Assembly (NCBI GenBank): GCA_004431415.1
Contig: QPMI01000499.1
Location: 212,700-276,699, forward strand
Direction of reading: 5' to 3'
Source: Cyanophora paradoxa CCMP329
Lineage: Eukaryota; Plantae; Glaucophyta
Length of the DNA: 64,000 nucleotides
The position numbers and the translations under genes are program-made. Under the pieces are notes generated by a model. It did no database searches. It saw nothing but the letters and a program-made list of their open reading frames with translations, and was not told the DNA's origin. Below are positions 10,990-24,700 of this stretch, in pieces. Position 1 is the first letter of the stretch, and each line of letters begins with the position of its first letter.

Positions 10990-13666
10990 GACGCTGGACG
11001 ATAAGAAACGCAGCTGCATCTTTTGCGGTCGCGCAAATTTAATATGGCTCAACGTACGCCGGGCGGACGGGGGAGCCCGACTCGGCGGCCTCGCGAAGGG
11101 CTGTGATGCGGGGGTGGTCTGGGGGGAAGAGGGCGGGGAACTTGGCGTACTCCTGCGCGCGGGCGGGCGGGCTCGAGGGGCGGGGCGCGGTGGCAGAGGA
11201 GGCGGGCGGACCGCGCGGGCCTCGGCGAAGACGGCGAGGGCCTTCCCCGCCTCCCCGAGGGCGGCGTAGCTGTGGCCCAGCGCGAAGAGGAGGTGCGCGA
11301 GGACCGGCGTGCGCCCACTGCGCCCGCCCCGATCAGACTTCGACGCCGCCGGCGAGCAGCGGGGCCTCGGAGGCTCGAGCTCGGGAGGGGGCGGGGGCGG
11401 CGCGCTTCCAGTCGACGAGGCGGTGGAGGGCGACGGCCACGCGCAGGCTTCTGGCCACGCGCTCGGGCGGCGGCTGATGCGGGGCGATGAGCCCCAGGTA
11501 CATCCGCGCGAAGAAGTCCCCAGCGGTGCCCCCCATGACCTGCCAGGGCGCCGATCGCTCAGAGACCTCACCGCTCGCGGGGGCGGGGCTGGAATTGCGG
11601 GCGCGGGGGCGCCTCGGGGCGGTCGGCGATGTAGTCGATGGCGGAGCGGTAGAGAAGGATGGCCTCGAGGTAGCGCCCTGCCGGCCCCGCCCCGGCCCCA
11701 GCTCACCGGGTGATTCGAAGGGGACGACGCGCGCCGCGCTGCCCCCGCACCCGTCAGGAAGGCAGCGAACGAGAGCTTCCAGTCGCTGTCGAAGCGGAGC
11801 TCCACCTGGTCCTCGAACTCCTGCGCGAAAACGGTTTTGCATGCGCAGGGAGCTCGCGAAGTTGCGATTGAGCGCGGAAAAGGGCACGGGAGACATGGCC
11901 TCGATGGCGCGGCGGAAGCCGCGCTCGATGGCGGGGAGGGCGTCGCGGTCGCCCCCGGCGCTCATCGCGGCGACGAGGGCGAGCGTCTCGTGGCACGCCC
12001 GCTCGTGCACGGGGTTTGCATGCTCCGCGTCCTTGTACCAGTAGAGCAGCCCCGCGATCTGCCCCCCGCCCCGCGTCCGGCGCGCGCCGCGCCCTCTGAC
12101 ATCAGCCGGCGATCGGAGTGGATGGCGGGGAGGGGGCCGGGGGCGGGGCGCGCCCTCTTGACCTCGTCGAGCGGGGCGGCGCTCTGGGCAACGCTGCGGC
12201 AGAGGTACAGGAGGATGCGGGCCTCGATGGGGGACGGGACCAGCCCCGCCCGCCGCACGACGCCCCACCTGCCCGCCCGCCCCGCGCCCGCCCCGACGAT
12301 CTCAGTCGCCGCCCGAGCGCGAGCTGGAGGGCGGCCCGGCAGGTGGGCGCACGCTTCGTAGAGCGCGTGGCAGGCCTCCTCGTACCTGGAGACCTGCAGC
12401 AGGCGGTAGCCGGCGGTGCAGAGGGCCTGCGGGGGCGGGGCCCCTTCAGCTCGGCGCTCGGGGCCAAAGGGCGGGCCCCGGGCCCTCGGGGCCGGTGCGG
12501 GGCGCGGGGCGCGCCTCGGCGTAGAGGAGCGGCTCCTCGGCCCTCCTCGGGCGCACCGCCCTCACCGCGAGCTCCGCCAGCTGTGGCCCCCGGCTCCCCG
12601 TCGGGGCGAGGCGAGGGGCGGGGGGCGAGTTCTCAAGGTGGAGGAGGGGCGCCGGGGGGCGAGCGAGGCCTAGGGGGGGATCGCAGGGGGAGGGGCGGGG
12701 GCGTGCGCGCCTCGACGACGCGGGCGCTGGGGACAAGCATGAGGTCCATGACGAGCCTGAAGAAGTCGGGGACGAGGAGGGCCAGCACCTCCCAGCCCCG
12801 CCGGCACGCCTCCGCCACCTCGCCCCTGCCGCCCAGTCGAGGAGACGATTGAGCAGCTGCAGTTCCAGCACAGATAGGCAGAGGCGGGATCGCAGGAGAG
12901 AATTCGGACGCACGGCGCGTTTCGAACAGCGAATTGAATCCTGCGTGCCAGAAAGTGACCGCCGGAGCCACGGTCGATGATTGCCAGCAAGTAGAGTAAG
13001 GATAGGGGGCACAGCTCGCGGCATCGCCATGCACGGCGCACCCCCGCGAGGCACTGTCGATGAGGTGGGCGGCGGCGGCGCGCTCGGGGGCGACCGAGCC
13101 CGAGGCGGCGCGGAGGAGGAAGAGGGCGACGCGCAGGCGCCGCCGGCCGGCGCTCGTCCGCACGAAGCGCGAGTCGAGCGCCGGGCCGCTCGCCAGCGCC
13201 TCCTGGAATTCGAAGGCCGAGACCCCGCCGGCGCCCCCTTCGCTTCGTTCGAGCCGCTCGAGAACCTGCCGCCCCGCCGGCCCCAGCCCCGGCCCGCCTG
13301 TGAGAGCCGGCCGCGGACAGGGGCGCTGGCCGCTCGCCCCGGCCGCCCCCATTGATCGAGCGCCCGCGCACGCACCCGCTCAAAAAGGCCCTCCCAGTGC
13401 GCGCGCCCCTCGCTGCTCTCGAAAACGAAGTCGTGCAGCCGCTCCTCGCGATCGGCCGTGGGCTCCGCATCCTCGGCCACACCCGCCGAGAGGAACTCAG
13501 CCCTCCCGCAGCCGGGGCCCGCGTCCGGAGCCGGAGCCGGAGCCGCGGGGGTGACGCATCGACCGGAGCTCGCGGCTGCGGTCGTGCGCGAGGGGCCGGC
13601 TGCGGGGGCGGCGAGCAGCGGCGGCGCCCCGTCGATGCGCCTCAGCAGCTCCTCCGAGGCTTCCAT
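10990..13666 (-). CDS. Hypothetical multi-exon helical host protein
   Basis: ATG at 13666 (MEASEELLRRIDG); coding-like exons such as LHDFVFESSEGRAHWEGLFER, WEVLALLVPDFFRLVMDLML, IAGLLYWYKDAEHANPVHERACHETL and a TPR-like AHLLFALGHSYAALGEAGKALAVFAEA. 3' end approximate. Confidence 0.5.
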
Positions 13667-16600
13667 GGGGCTGCTGCGCCGCCGCCGCCGCTGCGGGGGC
13701 GGCGGCCCCTCCGATTCGGATTTTAAGCTGAAGGACCCCGAGAGCAGTTTGGCCTGCGCGCGTGGGCGGCGGCCGGGTCCCGGCCGGGCGGTCGGGCCGA
13801 GGCGCGCGCACGTGGCGGGCCGAGCTGCAAAGCGGCCGGCGGACCTTTGAGAAGAGTGACTCGAGCGCCTGGACGGCCAAAGGGACCGGCCACCGGTACC
13901 CCGCGACCTCTGCGCCCGCCCGTGCGCATCTCGCCGACGGCGTGCCGGGGCCGGGCGGCTGCGCGGGGGCGCGGGCAGCGCACCCGATCCGGGCGACGCC
14001 GACGAGCCCTGCAGCTGCCTGCCGCGAGGAAAAGTTCAATGGGCGGGGGGCGCGCCGCGGTCAGTCGCGACGTCGACCGCCGCGGCCGCGGCTGCAGACT
14101 AGAAGACGGCCGGGGGAGGTGGCGGGGGCGGCGCGGCGCGCACGACTGCTCGACGGTCTTGGCGCCGAGCGTGAGGATGGCGAGCGGGTCCGTTATCGAG
14201 TCGAGCTCGAGGTGCGCCGCTGCAGCCGCCGACCCGGGGCCCTCGATCTCCGCCCCCCGCCCCCACCGCGAGCTGCCCTGCACCGGCGCCGGCGCCTGTG
14301 CCGACGCCTGCGCCCCGGCTGTAGCCGTCGAATTCGAACCGGCCGCCGCGTCCGGAACGGGGAGCCGGATCATGGGATGGGCGCGTAGGCCTGCGGTCCC
14401 CTCCTCGCTTGAGCTCGAGGGGGGCGAGCTGCGGGTGGGGGACGGCGAGGGGCGGGGGTGCCCTGGCGCTGCGCATGCGGCGGCAGTTAAGCTCGGGGGC
14501 GCTGCGCATGCGACGGCCAAGGCCGGAAGCGGCGAGGCCGCGAACTCGAAGGGGGAGGGCCCCCCCCCAGGGGGCATCGCCTGGAGCGGGGGCAAGACGT
14601 GTGATCGCGAGCGGGGGCCGGCGGCGCTGGGCTTCGTCGCGAGCCGCGTGCTGCTGGCGACGAGGAGGGGTACCGCGCCCGGCAGCACCGACTCGCCCGT
14701 GTCCCTGTACACGAGGGAGAGCTGCAGCCGGGCCCCCGCCCCGTAGCCCTGCCGTGCGGCGCCAGGGCGGCGTGAGAGGAGTCGGGCGGGGGCGGCGCCT
14801 CGTGGAACTCGGGGGGGGAGGTGAGGGGGGGGGGGGGGGGGGGGGGCGCCTGCGTGCTGACGTTGACCCCGACGAAGCTATCCGCGAAGCCGTCCGCGCG
14901 AAATGAGAGCTCCACCGCGTGCGCGGGCTCCGGATCCCAGCGCCGCCGCCCGTGGCCAGTCTGCAATTGTATGTTGAAATGCATTCGAAGTGAAATTAAA
15001 TGAGTATGAAGTGACGTTGACCCCACGCGCTCGATCGCGAGGCGCACCAGTCTTGCGTCGATGTTCGCAAATGGAGCCTGCTTGCTAGCAAAGCGCAAAA
15101 GCTGCGGTTCACATGCATGTTAGCACTATATATGCATATGCATATTGCAGCGGGCCTTGGCCAAAGCCCTGGCCTAGGCCTCCTTCTTCCTCCCCCCCTT
15201 CCACCCCATCCGAATTGCAAGTTCCCATTCATCACACCCGGCTCCGCGGGGTGCCGGCCGTCGCACCTTCTTCTTCCCCCCCTCCGCTTCGATCACCGTG
15301 TCTGCGCATGCGCCAGTGATCGTGTTAATAAATCGCGATCGACGCGAAATCGTGGGTAGCCGCTGCGGCGAGGGAGGGCTAGGGCACCGCCGAGCACGAT
15401 CGACGCGGAGAGCGCGACCGGCGCTCCGGGACGGGCGAGGTGCGGGGCGGCGAGGCGCGGCCTGCGGTTCGCGACTCATGATCCGTGCACTTCATGCACG
15501 CGCAGCACTTGCAGCTGGGCTGTGCGCTCGCGATCGCACCAGTACTGGCGCTCCACCACGAATCTGTAGACGAGGGCGCCGCCGGCGCTGGCGCTGGCGT
15601 CGACGTCGCAGTCAGGCTCGAGCTCGACGAGCTCCCACATGGCCAAGGTCTGCCGCCATGACATGTACGAGAACGTCATGATCAGCGCATGCCTCATGAT
15701 CATATGCATAGTCGAAATTTTAAACCTATATATAGCTATCGCATTGTAGGCCAAGGAAGACGTGTTCATAAGCAAATTCGCACCCCGGCGGAGGTGAAGA
15801 TGGGCGGCGGCGGCGGCCAGCTAGCGCTGCACGGCATCGGCGCCGACCCGCGGCCGGAGCTCGCGATCGAGCTAGCGCTAGCGCTAGAGCTCGAGATCGG
15901 GAGGCTCTGCAGCTGCACATTTTCGCCGCGCCCCAGCTCTCTGAGCCTGCGCATATGCATATGCATGCGCATGAGAGCACTTCCAGCTCAGCCGCAGGAG
16001 CCGGCGCCGCATCCGCGCGCGGCGCGAGCTATAGGCTTGAGGCGCATGATCATGATTAGCTTATGGAGAAGCTTTAAAAATGAGGTGCGCACTTTCTCGC
16101 CTCGGCGCGCGGAAGCCGTCGGTAGAAGAGGAGGCCGCCGCGCCCGTTGTAGGCGTTCGCGTGGAGACTCGCTTGCAAGGAGCCCGGCCGCGGCCGCGGG
16201 GTCGAATTTGAATCCGCGGCCGGCTGCGGATACGCGCTATTCGCGTACGGGCCTGAGCTCGACGATTGCAAATCCATCTTTAGGCCAGCGATCTTTAGGC
16301 GCTCGACGCGGGGGGAGCATGCGGGCAGCGAACGCGAGCTTAAGCTTGGCCCGGGCGCTTAAGCTTGGCGGAAGTTGGCGCTCAAGCTGGCTAAGCTCAT
16401 GATCGATATCCGATGATCCTGATGATGATCGGATGAGCAGATATCGACCATGGCACGATCTGCCAGGCTGATGAGCTGCCGCTCAGCTGCGCATGCGATG
16501 CGCGTGCGCATGCATACTATGATATGTAGGCCTAATAGCTCAGCGGCTAGGCCTATATAGCTAGGATTGCCGCAGTGCCGGCTGCTGTGCAGAGTCCTGC

Positions 16601-17565
16601 AGTGCAGCCTACCGTACTACACGGTGGGCTGCTGGCAGCCTGCTGCTGCTTTTTTAAATCTAGGGTGAGGGTACCCACTCGTAGTACTCAAACAGGAGAC
16701 AATTGCAACTTGCAAGTACTAGTCAGCCTCGGGTCACCTGGTCGGTGGGTGACCATCACGGTCATGTTGTCTGTCGCCGGTTAACGATGCTTCATTATCA
16801 ATCGCAATCGCAACGGTTTGCTTATTTAACAATCGGTCTTCCAAGTCATTGGCGATGGTTTACATTTCATTGTAAATAAATTAAATAACATAATAATTAA
16901 AGTATTAAACTCTATATATAGCGTATATTTATAATGAAGATTCGCTGAATAATTAACCTTATATATATTAATTATATATATATATGCGTTAGATAATAAC
17001 CAGATAATAAATAAATAATAAGTTAAATAATATATTATATAATATTAAAATATACAATAACCAGATAATAAATAAGTAATAAGTTATAATAACCATGTAT
17101 ACTGTACCCTCCTCTGCGAACGACAGTGTAGAACAGGTTCGACGTGGACCGGTACCCGTTTCGAGCTCCCTCTTCCCTCTGAACGACCAGTAATAGCTAT
17201 AGAATTATATGTAAGTCTGCGCCAGGGTACGAAGGCCTGCCTGCGGCTGGCCTGCTAGCTTTGTAGCGGCTACTACCGGCTAGCTATATAGCCTTCTAGC
17301 TCTATGGCCTTCAAGATCAATCAATTTATGTACCCGAACCTGGTTTGGTGAGCCGAACCTGTTGGCCAGCAATAGCTATTATATTATAGAATTATAAGGC
17401 TGCGCCAGGGTATACGTAGGCCTGCCTGCCGCAGTGCGGCTGGCCTGCCAGCTTTGGAGCGGCTAGCTATTTAGCCTGCTAGCTCTATAGTAGCCTTCAA
17501 GCCGGCGCCACCCCAGTGTCCCGAGGCCGCACTGCCCCAAGGGCAGGAATGTTTATCGACGTCAC

Positions 17566-17807
17566 CACAGCTCGTTTTTTTCCCTAATCGACTCGACATG
17601 CCCGTTGTATGGGCAAGGGTAGCCGGCGATCGCGATAACTTTTCACCCGGCACAGAACGGCTAGTCGCTGCACAGCATGTTGTAGCCGGCAAGCTAGCGG
17701 GTAGAATGCACAAGCTTGCGCCGGGGAATTCCAAATACCCGAGGAGCGATTTCACTTTAACCGGTTTTTGACCGTGTTGGGTCGACCGGTAAAAAAAACG
17801 AGCTGTG
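17566..17807. mobile_element. MITE with CACAG termini (CMC/EnSpm-like), 242 bp
   Basis: TIRs CACAGCTCGTTTTTTT / AAAAAAAACGAGCTGTG flanked by a 3-bp TSD CAC (17563-17565, 17808-17810). Partial copies of the left end at 26599 and 27289. Confidence 0.8.
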
Positions 17808-18278
17808 CACAGTATCGGGATTCGGGAGCCACGAGGATTCTATGATTCAAAGCTCAACACGGCTTTAGACGGACCAATGCTGGGCCATTAAATATTAATT
17901 GGCCCATTGCTGGCCCCGGAGAAAAAACGCGATCGAGTTTCTGGCAGTGATGGGCACTTTATTAATAAGTACTTATAATATTTTATTAATAACGTATTAA
18001 TAATACGTTATTAGTAAGGTCTTGGAACAGCCATTCTTATTAATAACGTTTATTAGTTTGGGGGGGGGGTACTCGTAGACACACCATTTTTTGCACTCTA
18101 GGACGAATCTTTGCATGCTAGAGCGATGTAAAGCAGTTCTATACACGTCTAGAGACCTTCTGGGCACTTCTGCAGCTTGATATGATGCTCATAAGCTGAT
18201 CAGACGGCAGCTCCAGACCATCCAGTACCCCCTTGGTGGCATATTGACCCTTTTATTCGACCCCCAACAGATATAGAG

Positions 18279-18623
18279 TGTGCCGCCCACTTTCCGACTC
18301 CCAGCTAGCCCTGGTCGTCGGCTCTAAGCCGGCAGCTTGCCTTGCCTTGTACCCTTTGTAGCCTGCTATTCCTGGTGCCACGTTGTTGCCAACTGGCCCG
18401 CTTATTTTAGCCCTGGGCCCTCGCTTGCCCTGCGCGGCGCTCGCTTGCTGGCTGTCGTTCTCGTCCCTGTTCTCTGTACTTGCTGTCTTACGCCGGCTCT
18501 GCGCCTGCTGTGTACGTAATGGCACCCGCTTGCCGTCGCCCTACGGTGCTGTACGGGCCTGTCCCTCCCTGCTTGGGGCGCCTCTGGGCCTAGCCAACTG
18601 CTTAGCGCATCCCGCCCAGCGCA
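18279..18623 (+). repeat. 5' LTR
   Basis: TGTGCCG...AGCGCA, repeated at 21234-21578. Confidence 0.9.
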
Positions 18624-21233
18624 TGGGGGCTGCTGCGTTGGGCTTCGACTTTTTAGCTCGTATGCCTGGGGACGAACGCTGCGCTCTTGCCCGAACCCCT
18701 GGACAAGCACGCCATCGTTTGCCTTGGCTTGCGCGTACGGCCTCCACTTTCTTGTAGTGGGAAGCGCCTATGCGGCAGAGCTTAGCAATACGAACCGCAT
18801 GGTTCATGCCTTTCCACCCGCCACTGCGCCTTTCTTGCTTACGGACCTGGCGCACCACTCTTTCTGTAGTGGGAAGCGTCCGCCAACCCGTCTATTGAGC
18901 CGCATGCGCTCACAGTCATCTAAACGTGCCGTGGCTGCGCTCAAGAGCAAATGCTGATGCAGCCGCGCGCATGTCGAGTGAAACTGTATTGCATTGTATC
19001 GGGGGACGACACCACAACGTACTACTAAATGTATTGTATGTGGAGCAACACCCTCTACATCTACACACGTCGTCATACCGATCGAATTGCGTGTTGACGC
19101 CGATCGAATGATGATCTTCTTGTCGTCGTGGCATGTCGTTTCTTCTCTGGTCCACGTGCAGTGAGACGTATGATGATAAAAGCTCTCTGAATGAGTATTC
19201 TTCATGAACATACCTTCTTTTCGTCGTCGTCTTGTTTTGTCGAGTTGCCCGCATGCTCGTGACATGCCAGGCTCGCAAGGCAGCTATGAAGCGCCGGTCA
19301 ATCAATCTTTTCTCTCTGCAGAAAGTACAGAGTCAGCCCGCCAAGACGTGAATGCCCTGGGATAACATGGCCCCAGTACGCGCCCGAGGTCTCACCTACG
19401 ACGGCTGCGATGGCACCTCTGGCTAGCCCGAGGCACGCTCAATGGTGGCGAGTGTATCTGAAGAACGCATGGAGTCAAACCGCTGCGACGTGAAAGCCCC
19501 TGGGATAACATGGCCCCAGTACGCGCCCGAGGTCTTACCTACGACGGCTGCTGTGGCGCCTGCGGACCTCCCGAGGCACGCTCAGCGGCGGCGAGTGGCA
19601 TCCCTCGTGAGGATCACTCCACTTGACTCCACCCTGCATCCAGAGGACGTGCGGCTCCGCGTCTCTCTCGGCTCTGCGGGTTGCGTACGCGTCAGTGGAA
19701 GCCGGCGCAGCTCCACTTGACAGCGATCTCTATGCGAGGAAGCGCATCTATCTGTTGTCAAGTCTACTGTGCGCGCTGTCGCACCTAGACGGTAGACAAG
19801 ATGCCAAGACCTTGCCCTGGCTCCGACGACGTAGCTGCCCTTCTCCGGGACGTCCAGCTCGTCAAGCCAGATGTCAGTCGCTTCACGCACATCTCACGCG
19901 TGTGCGGACTGTCGTTCTTTCCTGTCGGGGCGTTTGATCAGCGACCGAGGCCTGTTCAGCGGGCGGAGGTCTGACCGAGGCCTGTCCGGCGGGCGAAGGT
20001 CAACAGAAGCGTAAAGAATGCGCTCTGGAACGTCCTACGACGACGTGAGCAGCCATAGCTAAAGTTGGACGGCGGACAGCGGACCTGTCTGTTGAAGAGC
20101 GTCAGCAAGCAGCACTGGGTGATGCCCCGCGACCAGTCTTCACGCTCGCGCGTCGACTGCGTCGGCCCGTTGGGTGATTCCCGTGCTTCGGTTGAACCTG
20201 GCAGCTGGGTGATTCCAGCTGGACGCCAGCGCTGTTTCGGTCTGCTTAGCTGTGGGTGATTCCACGCTGACCAAGCCAGCACGCACCGGCGCTCTAGTCC
20301 GGGTGCTTCCGACCAAGCCTCCGCTTGCGACTCTCCGCTGCTGAGAGGTCCATACGTCTTGCCTACGACTATCACGCGAGCACCGATGATCATTCCGGGC
20401 CGCGCTGATGCTGTCTCCTGTCCCGCGATGGTGGCCTGCCTAAGCCCTGGCTACGCGCTGCATCTGCGTACGCCGGCGGACTCGATAGCTGTGTCCGTGG
20501 TTTGCCATCCCGTCTGATCGTGGAAGATCCTTGGCGATGGGTCTGTATGATGCGACCAGTGGCCTGCTGCTGCTGCGGAGCCTGACCCCGTACGACTGGC
20601 TCGCCGCCTCTACTCTTCATGGCTTGCCTGCTCTACGCGTACGCGGCTGCACACTCTACTGTGCTGTCCGATCGCCCCGCCTTGTGACTCCGCCGGCCGA
20701 GTCACTTGGCAACGCAATGCGGCAAGCTGCGCCGAGCTTGGCCCGCAACGCGTACTCTGCCGCTGCGGCTCTGCTGATCGAGCCTGCGGTCCTACACTCC
20801 TACATTCTACATCAAGTACCTTCTACACTGTGGAACTTTCGACCCGGCGCCGCCGCAGCCCGGCGGCTTGCGGCGCGGCGCCGGTTTCGAATTCGAGCTT
20901 AGTGCTAGCGCTAGCACTCGTTTTCCCCTCCGGCGGGATTTAGAGGGTTTGCCCCCGGTTGGCTGGCGGCGCTCCGCGCGCTCTGGCGTCAGGTCGTGGG
21001 TCCCTCACCCAACTTTCCTTGTTGGGCCCAGTTCCTCATACTGGTGCCGACGGCCTGATGGATTTTAATTTGCCCCTCTGGCCCGCCCGCTGTGGCGCCG
21101 AGGACGGCTTTCTGTGCAGGGACGGTAGCCGGCTTTTGGCCCAGTGGCTCGTAGTCCGTTCAGCCTCGCCTACGCAGCTTTAGTTCAGCCTTTAGCTCGT
21201 AGCGCCGAGGACGGCTTTTTGTAGCGGGAAGCG

Positions 21234-21578
21234 TGTGCCGCCCACTTTCCGACTCCCAGCTAGCCCTGGTCGTCGGCTCTAAGCCGGCAGCTTGCCTTGC
21301 CTTGTACCCTTTGTAGCCTGCTATTCCTGGTGCCACGTTGTTGCCAACTGGCCCGCTTATTTTAGCCCTGGGCCCTCGCTTGCCCTGCGCGGCGCTCGCT
21401 TGCTGGCTGTCGTTCTCGTCCCTGTTCTCTGTACTTGCTGTCTTACGCCGGCTCTGCGCCTGCTGTGTACGTAATGGCACCCGCTTGCCGTCGCCCTACG
21501 GTGCTGTACGGGCCTGTCCCTCCCTGCTTGGGGCGCCTCTGGGCCTAGCCAACTGCTTAGCGCATCCCGCCCAGCGCA
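21234..21578 (+). repeat. 3' LTR
   Basis: Copy of 18279-18623. Confidence 0.9.
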
Positions 21579-21760
21579 AGAGGGCACTCGCAATGCTCAG
21601 GCAGCTTATATAAGAGTGTTTAGCACCAGAACCGCGCGGCAACGCTCCTTCAACGCGTGGTTTCGCGCTTCTATGAGGAAGTAATTATTAATCTACTGAT
21701 AACTAATTATTAACTATTAATAATGATTCTTATAAAGTCCCATTTTTGGAGTTATTATTA

Positions 21761-24700
21761 TTTTTTTTTTGGTGAATTACCGGCCACAGTCTCTAGACAC
21801 CAGCACTGCGGGGGCTGCCCAGGGGGCATAGAGACAAAATAGCAAAATAACTAAGACAAGAGCACGAAGAAAGATAAGACAAAGAGCCAAAATCGACAAT
21901 AAAAAAGGAAAGACACAGAGCTCGAGACAGATCGATTGCGAGAAGAGACGATAAATCGAGCAGATCTAGGGACAGAGGATAACTGACACGAAGAAGAGCC
22001 AGAGCTAGAGGATAACTGACACGAAGAAGAGCCAGAGCTAGAGATACCATCAATATCAGAAGGAATTACATCACTAAGAAGCGGGGGACAAAATTGAGAA
22101 AGATAAATAACAGGAAGAAGACAAGTAAGAGGAACAACAAGACGACATGGAGGCGGAGGCGAAGCAGGACGATGCGAAAGGGCAGAGCTACGGCACGAGG
22201 TCGAGGAGGACACAGGAGGCGGAGCAGGCGGATCAAGAGCAGGCAAAAGAACAGTCAAAGGAATCACTAAAGCCGGCCGGGGTCGAGGCGGGCAATCGAA
22301 CTGCAAACGACGGCGAACAACAGGTCGAGCACGAGGACTATAGCTAGTATTGAAACTAACTCTAGCATCAACACTACGATCAGAATCCGAACCAGACCGA
22401 ACTAAACTAGAAGACGAAGAAGTACGCCGGCGCCGGCGGGATACGATCGCGACCAGCGAAGCAGAAGACAAGGACAAAGGCGGTAGTCCGGTATCAAGAA
22501 CAAAGGCCGGAGGGTCCGGCCCGGCAAACCGCCGGGGGAAGTAGAAGGAGCCGCAGGCTCGGCAAGCCGGCGACGGGTACGACCACGAGTCCGGAAGGAG
22601 ATCGGGGAAGCCGGTCCCGGAGCTGAGGGCCCAGGAGCAGAGCCAGGAGAAGGTAAGCCCGGCGAGAAATCTGACCCGGAGCCGGAACCCAGCGAACGAC
22701 GACGACGAAGAGGCCCCCGAGGAGCCACGACGGGGGAGCTACCGAGCAAAGTACTGACAGCCGGCGCCGAACACGGCGGCGGAGGTACCCCGCAGACAGT
22801 GGCAGGCGGAGAGTCCAGGGTCGATCGAGAGATCCGCCGACGGGAATGCGGCGGGGGCCGACGAGACGGAAGAGGCGAGGAGGGGCCGAGGAAGGGTCGG
22901 AGGCAGGGGAAGGGCCACGAGCAGGTGACGGGGATCGCTGCCGGCGCCGAAGAGAGGGCAGCAAAGCAGGAGAAAGGTCGGGTGGCGCCGGAGCAGATGA
23001 CACGGAGGTCATGGCCATGGGCGGTGCAGAGAGAGACGAGCTCGAGGGCGCAAGGGCCCGACGAGGGCGCCGGCGGCGAATCTCACGAGCGCCAGGAAGC
23101 GGGATAGGACCCGCAGATGGGACCCGAGGCGCCGAAGGGGGAGCAGGGAGCCGGAATGACGGGGAGATCGAAAAGAGGACAGTCTCGCCAACACTCGGAA
23201 GCGGGGCAGAGGCCGAGGACCCGGAGCTCGAGGGGGGGAGGGAGGGCGGAGGAGGAGAGAGGAGGCGGCTATTCGAAGGGTATGGAGAATCGAGAGCGGA
23301 GGCGAGGGAGGCCGAAGTGATGGCGAGCTCTGGAGGCGAGGGGGCCTGCAAGCGGATCCGGGAAAGTGGATGCAGACGCAAAGAGACCGGGGACGTAGAG
23401 GCGGGAGGGGCATGCAAAAAGATAGTGCCGCCCAGCGTCACAGTTGCAGAAGCGGGGGCAAGAAGGATGGGCTGAAGAGGGGCTGAACCAGGAGGACGTC
23501 AGAAAGAGGGCCTCGCAGGGGCGGAAGTGGAGGAGCAAGGGAAGAGGTAAGAAGGGGTATGGAGCTGCAAGATGACCAGGGACCTGCCGGGGAACAGGCA
23601 AGTGAAGAGGCCCCGTGACAGCAAGTTGTAAGGAGGGAGGAGGCAGAGGCGGGCCAGAGGGCCAAGGAGCACAGGGATCGGGACCGCAGGGAATGGGGGG
23701 AAAGGAGCGTCGAGAGGGGCAGCGAGAGCAGGAATAGGAATGGGCCCAAGGGTCACTACAGGGGCCAGAGCAGGAGGGACGGCGCAGGAGGCGGGCGACC
23801 ACCAGGGATCCCCAACGGGACATTCCCACGAACGGCAAACTCCGCAGGATTCCGGAGGACAGAATCGATGTCACGCGAAGAGACGAGGTTGTCAGCACCG
23901 CCCGAAGAAGGAGCGCCGGACGAGTCAGAATCAGAGCTTGAACTAGAACGATGAGAACCGGTACCAGACTCTGAATCATGTGCGTCATCATCCGAGGCAG
24001 CCTGATCATCAGCGTCAGCAGCAGCCAAGCGAGCGCGCCGCTCCTCCAACAAGGCCGAAGCCTGCGAAAGGGTGAACTCGAGGTACGACATATTTCTGTC
24101 CCAGGCGGCAACAAGCGCGGCGCGGTTGTAAGAAGGCGCATCAATGTCAGCCTCCTCAAGATCGCACCGAGCGCGAGCAACCTGTTGGATGGAAAATACG
24201 CCAGCAAGGATCGCTCCAAGTGAGCGAAGGCAGAAGGCGGGGTTAACTTTACTGCGCAAAATGGGCCCAGATAAATCCGGAACCGAGAGGATGTGGAAGA
24301 GAGAGAGCTCAGGCACTGCGACCTCTTCACGCTCATCCGGTGGAAGAGTAGAAGCCCAGAAATTCAGGCGCTCACGAATGAAATCCCAGAACGAACGAGA
24401 AAGCGGGCACTCAGAGAAAACGTGCGCGTGAGAGCGAGCAGATCCGTCATTACAAACCCGACAGAAACGACGGCGGGGCGACTGTTGCTCGCCCAAACGA
24501 TACAATTTGAAATGCAAACGGTAAAGAGCATCGATCCAAAGCATCGGGAAACACTGAAGGACGACAAGATTAGGAAGACGGGACGGAGACAAGGCGCCGG
24601 GAAACCCCCACTTAGCATCGGGCATCTGAGCGTGGCTAGACACATCGCGAAGCCGCTGGACCTCAAGGCAGTAGAAGCGACGAACAGAGGAGAGGCGGAG

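Larger units (their letters stand above)
18279..21578 (+). mobile_element. Non-autonomous LTR retroelement (TRIM/LARD-like), 3.3 kb
   Basis: 345-bp direct repeats 18279-18623 and 21234-21578, TG...CA, identical by eye; 4-bp TSD AGAG; PBS-like TGGGGGCT right after the 5' LTR; purine-rich GTAGCGGGAAGCG before the 3' LTR; no gag/pol recognised inside. Confidence 0.9.

Noticed and set aside
14960-17500. ORFs in intergenic DNA rich in ATGCAT/AGCT/GATC palindromes and an AT-rich tract
   Set aside because: No coding signature or recognisable family; treated as intergenic or degraded repeats.
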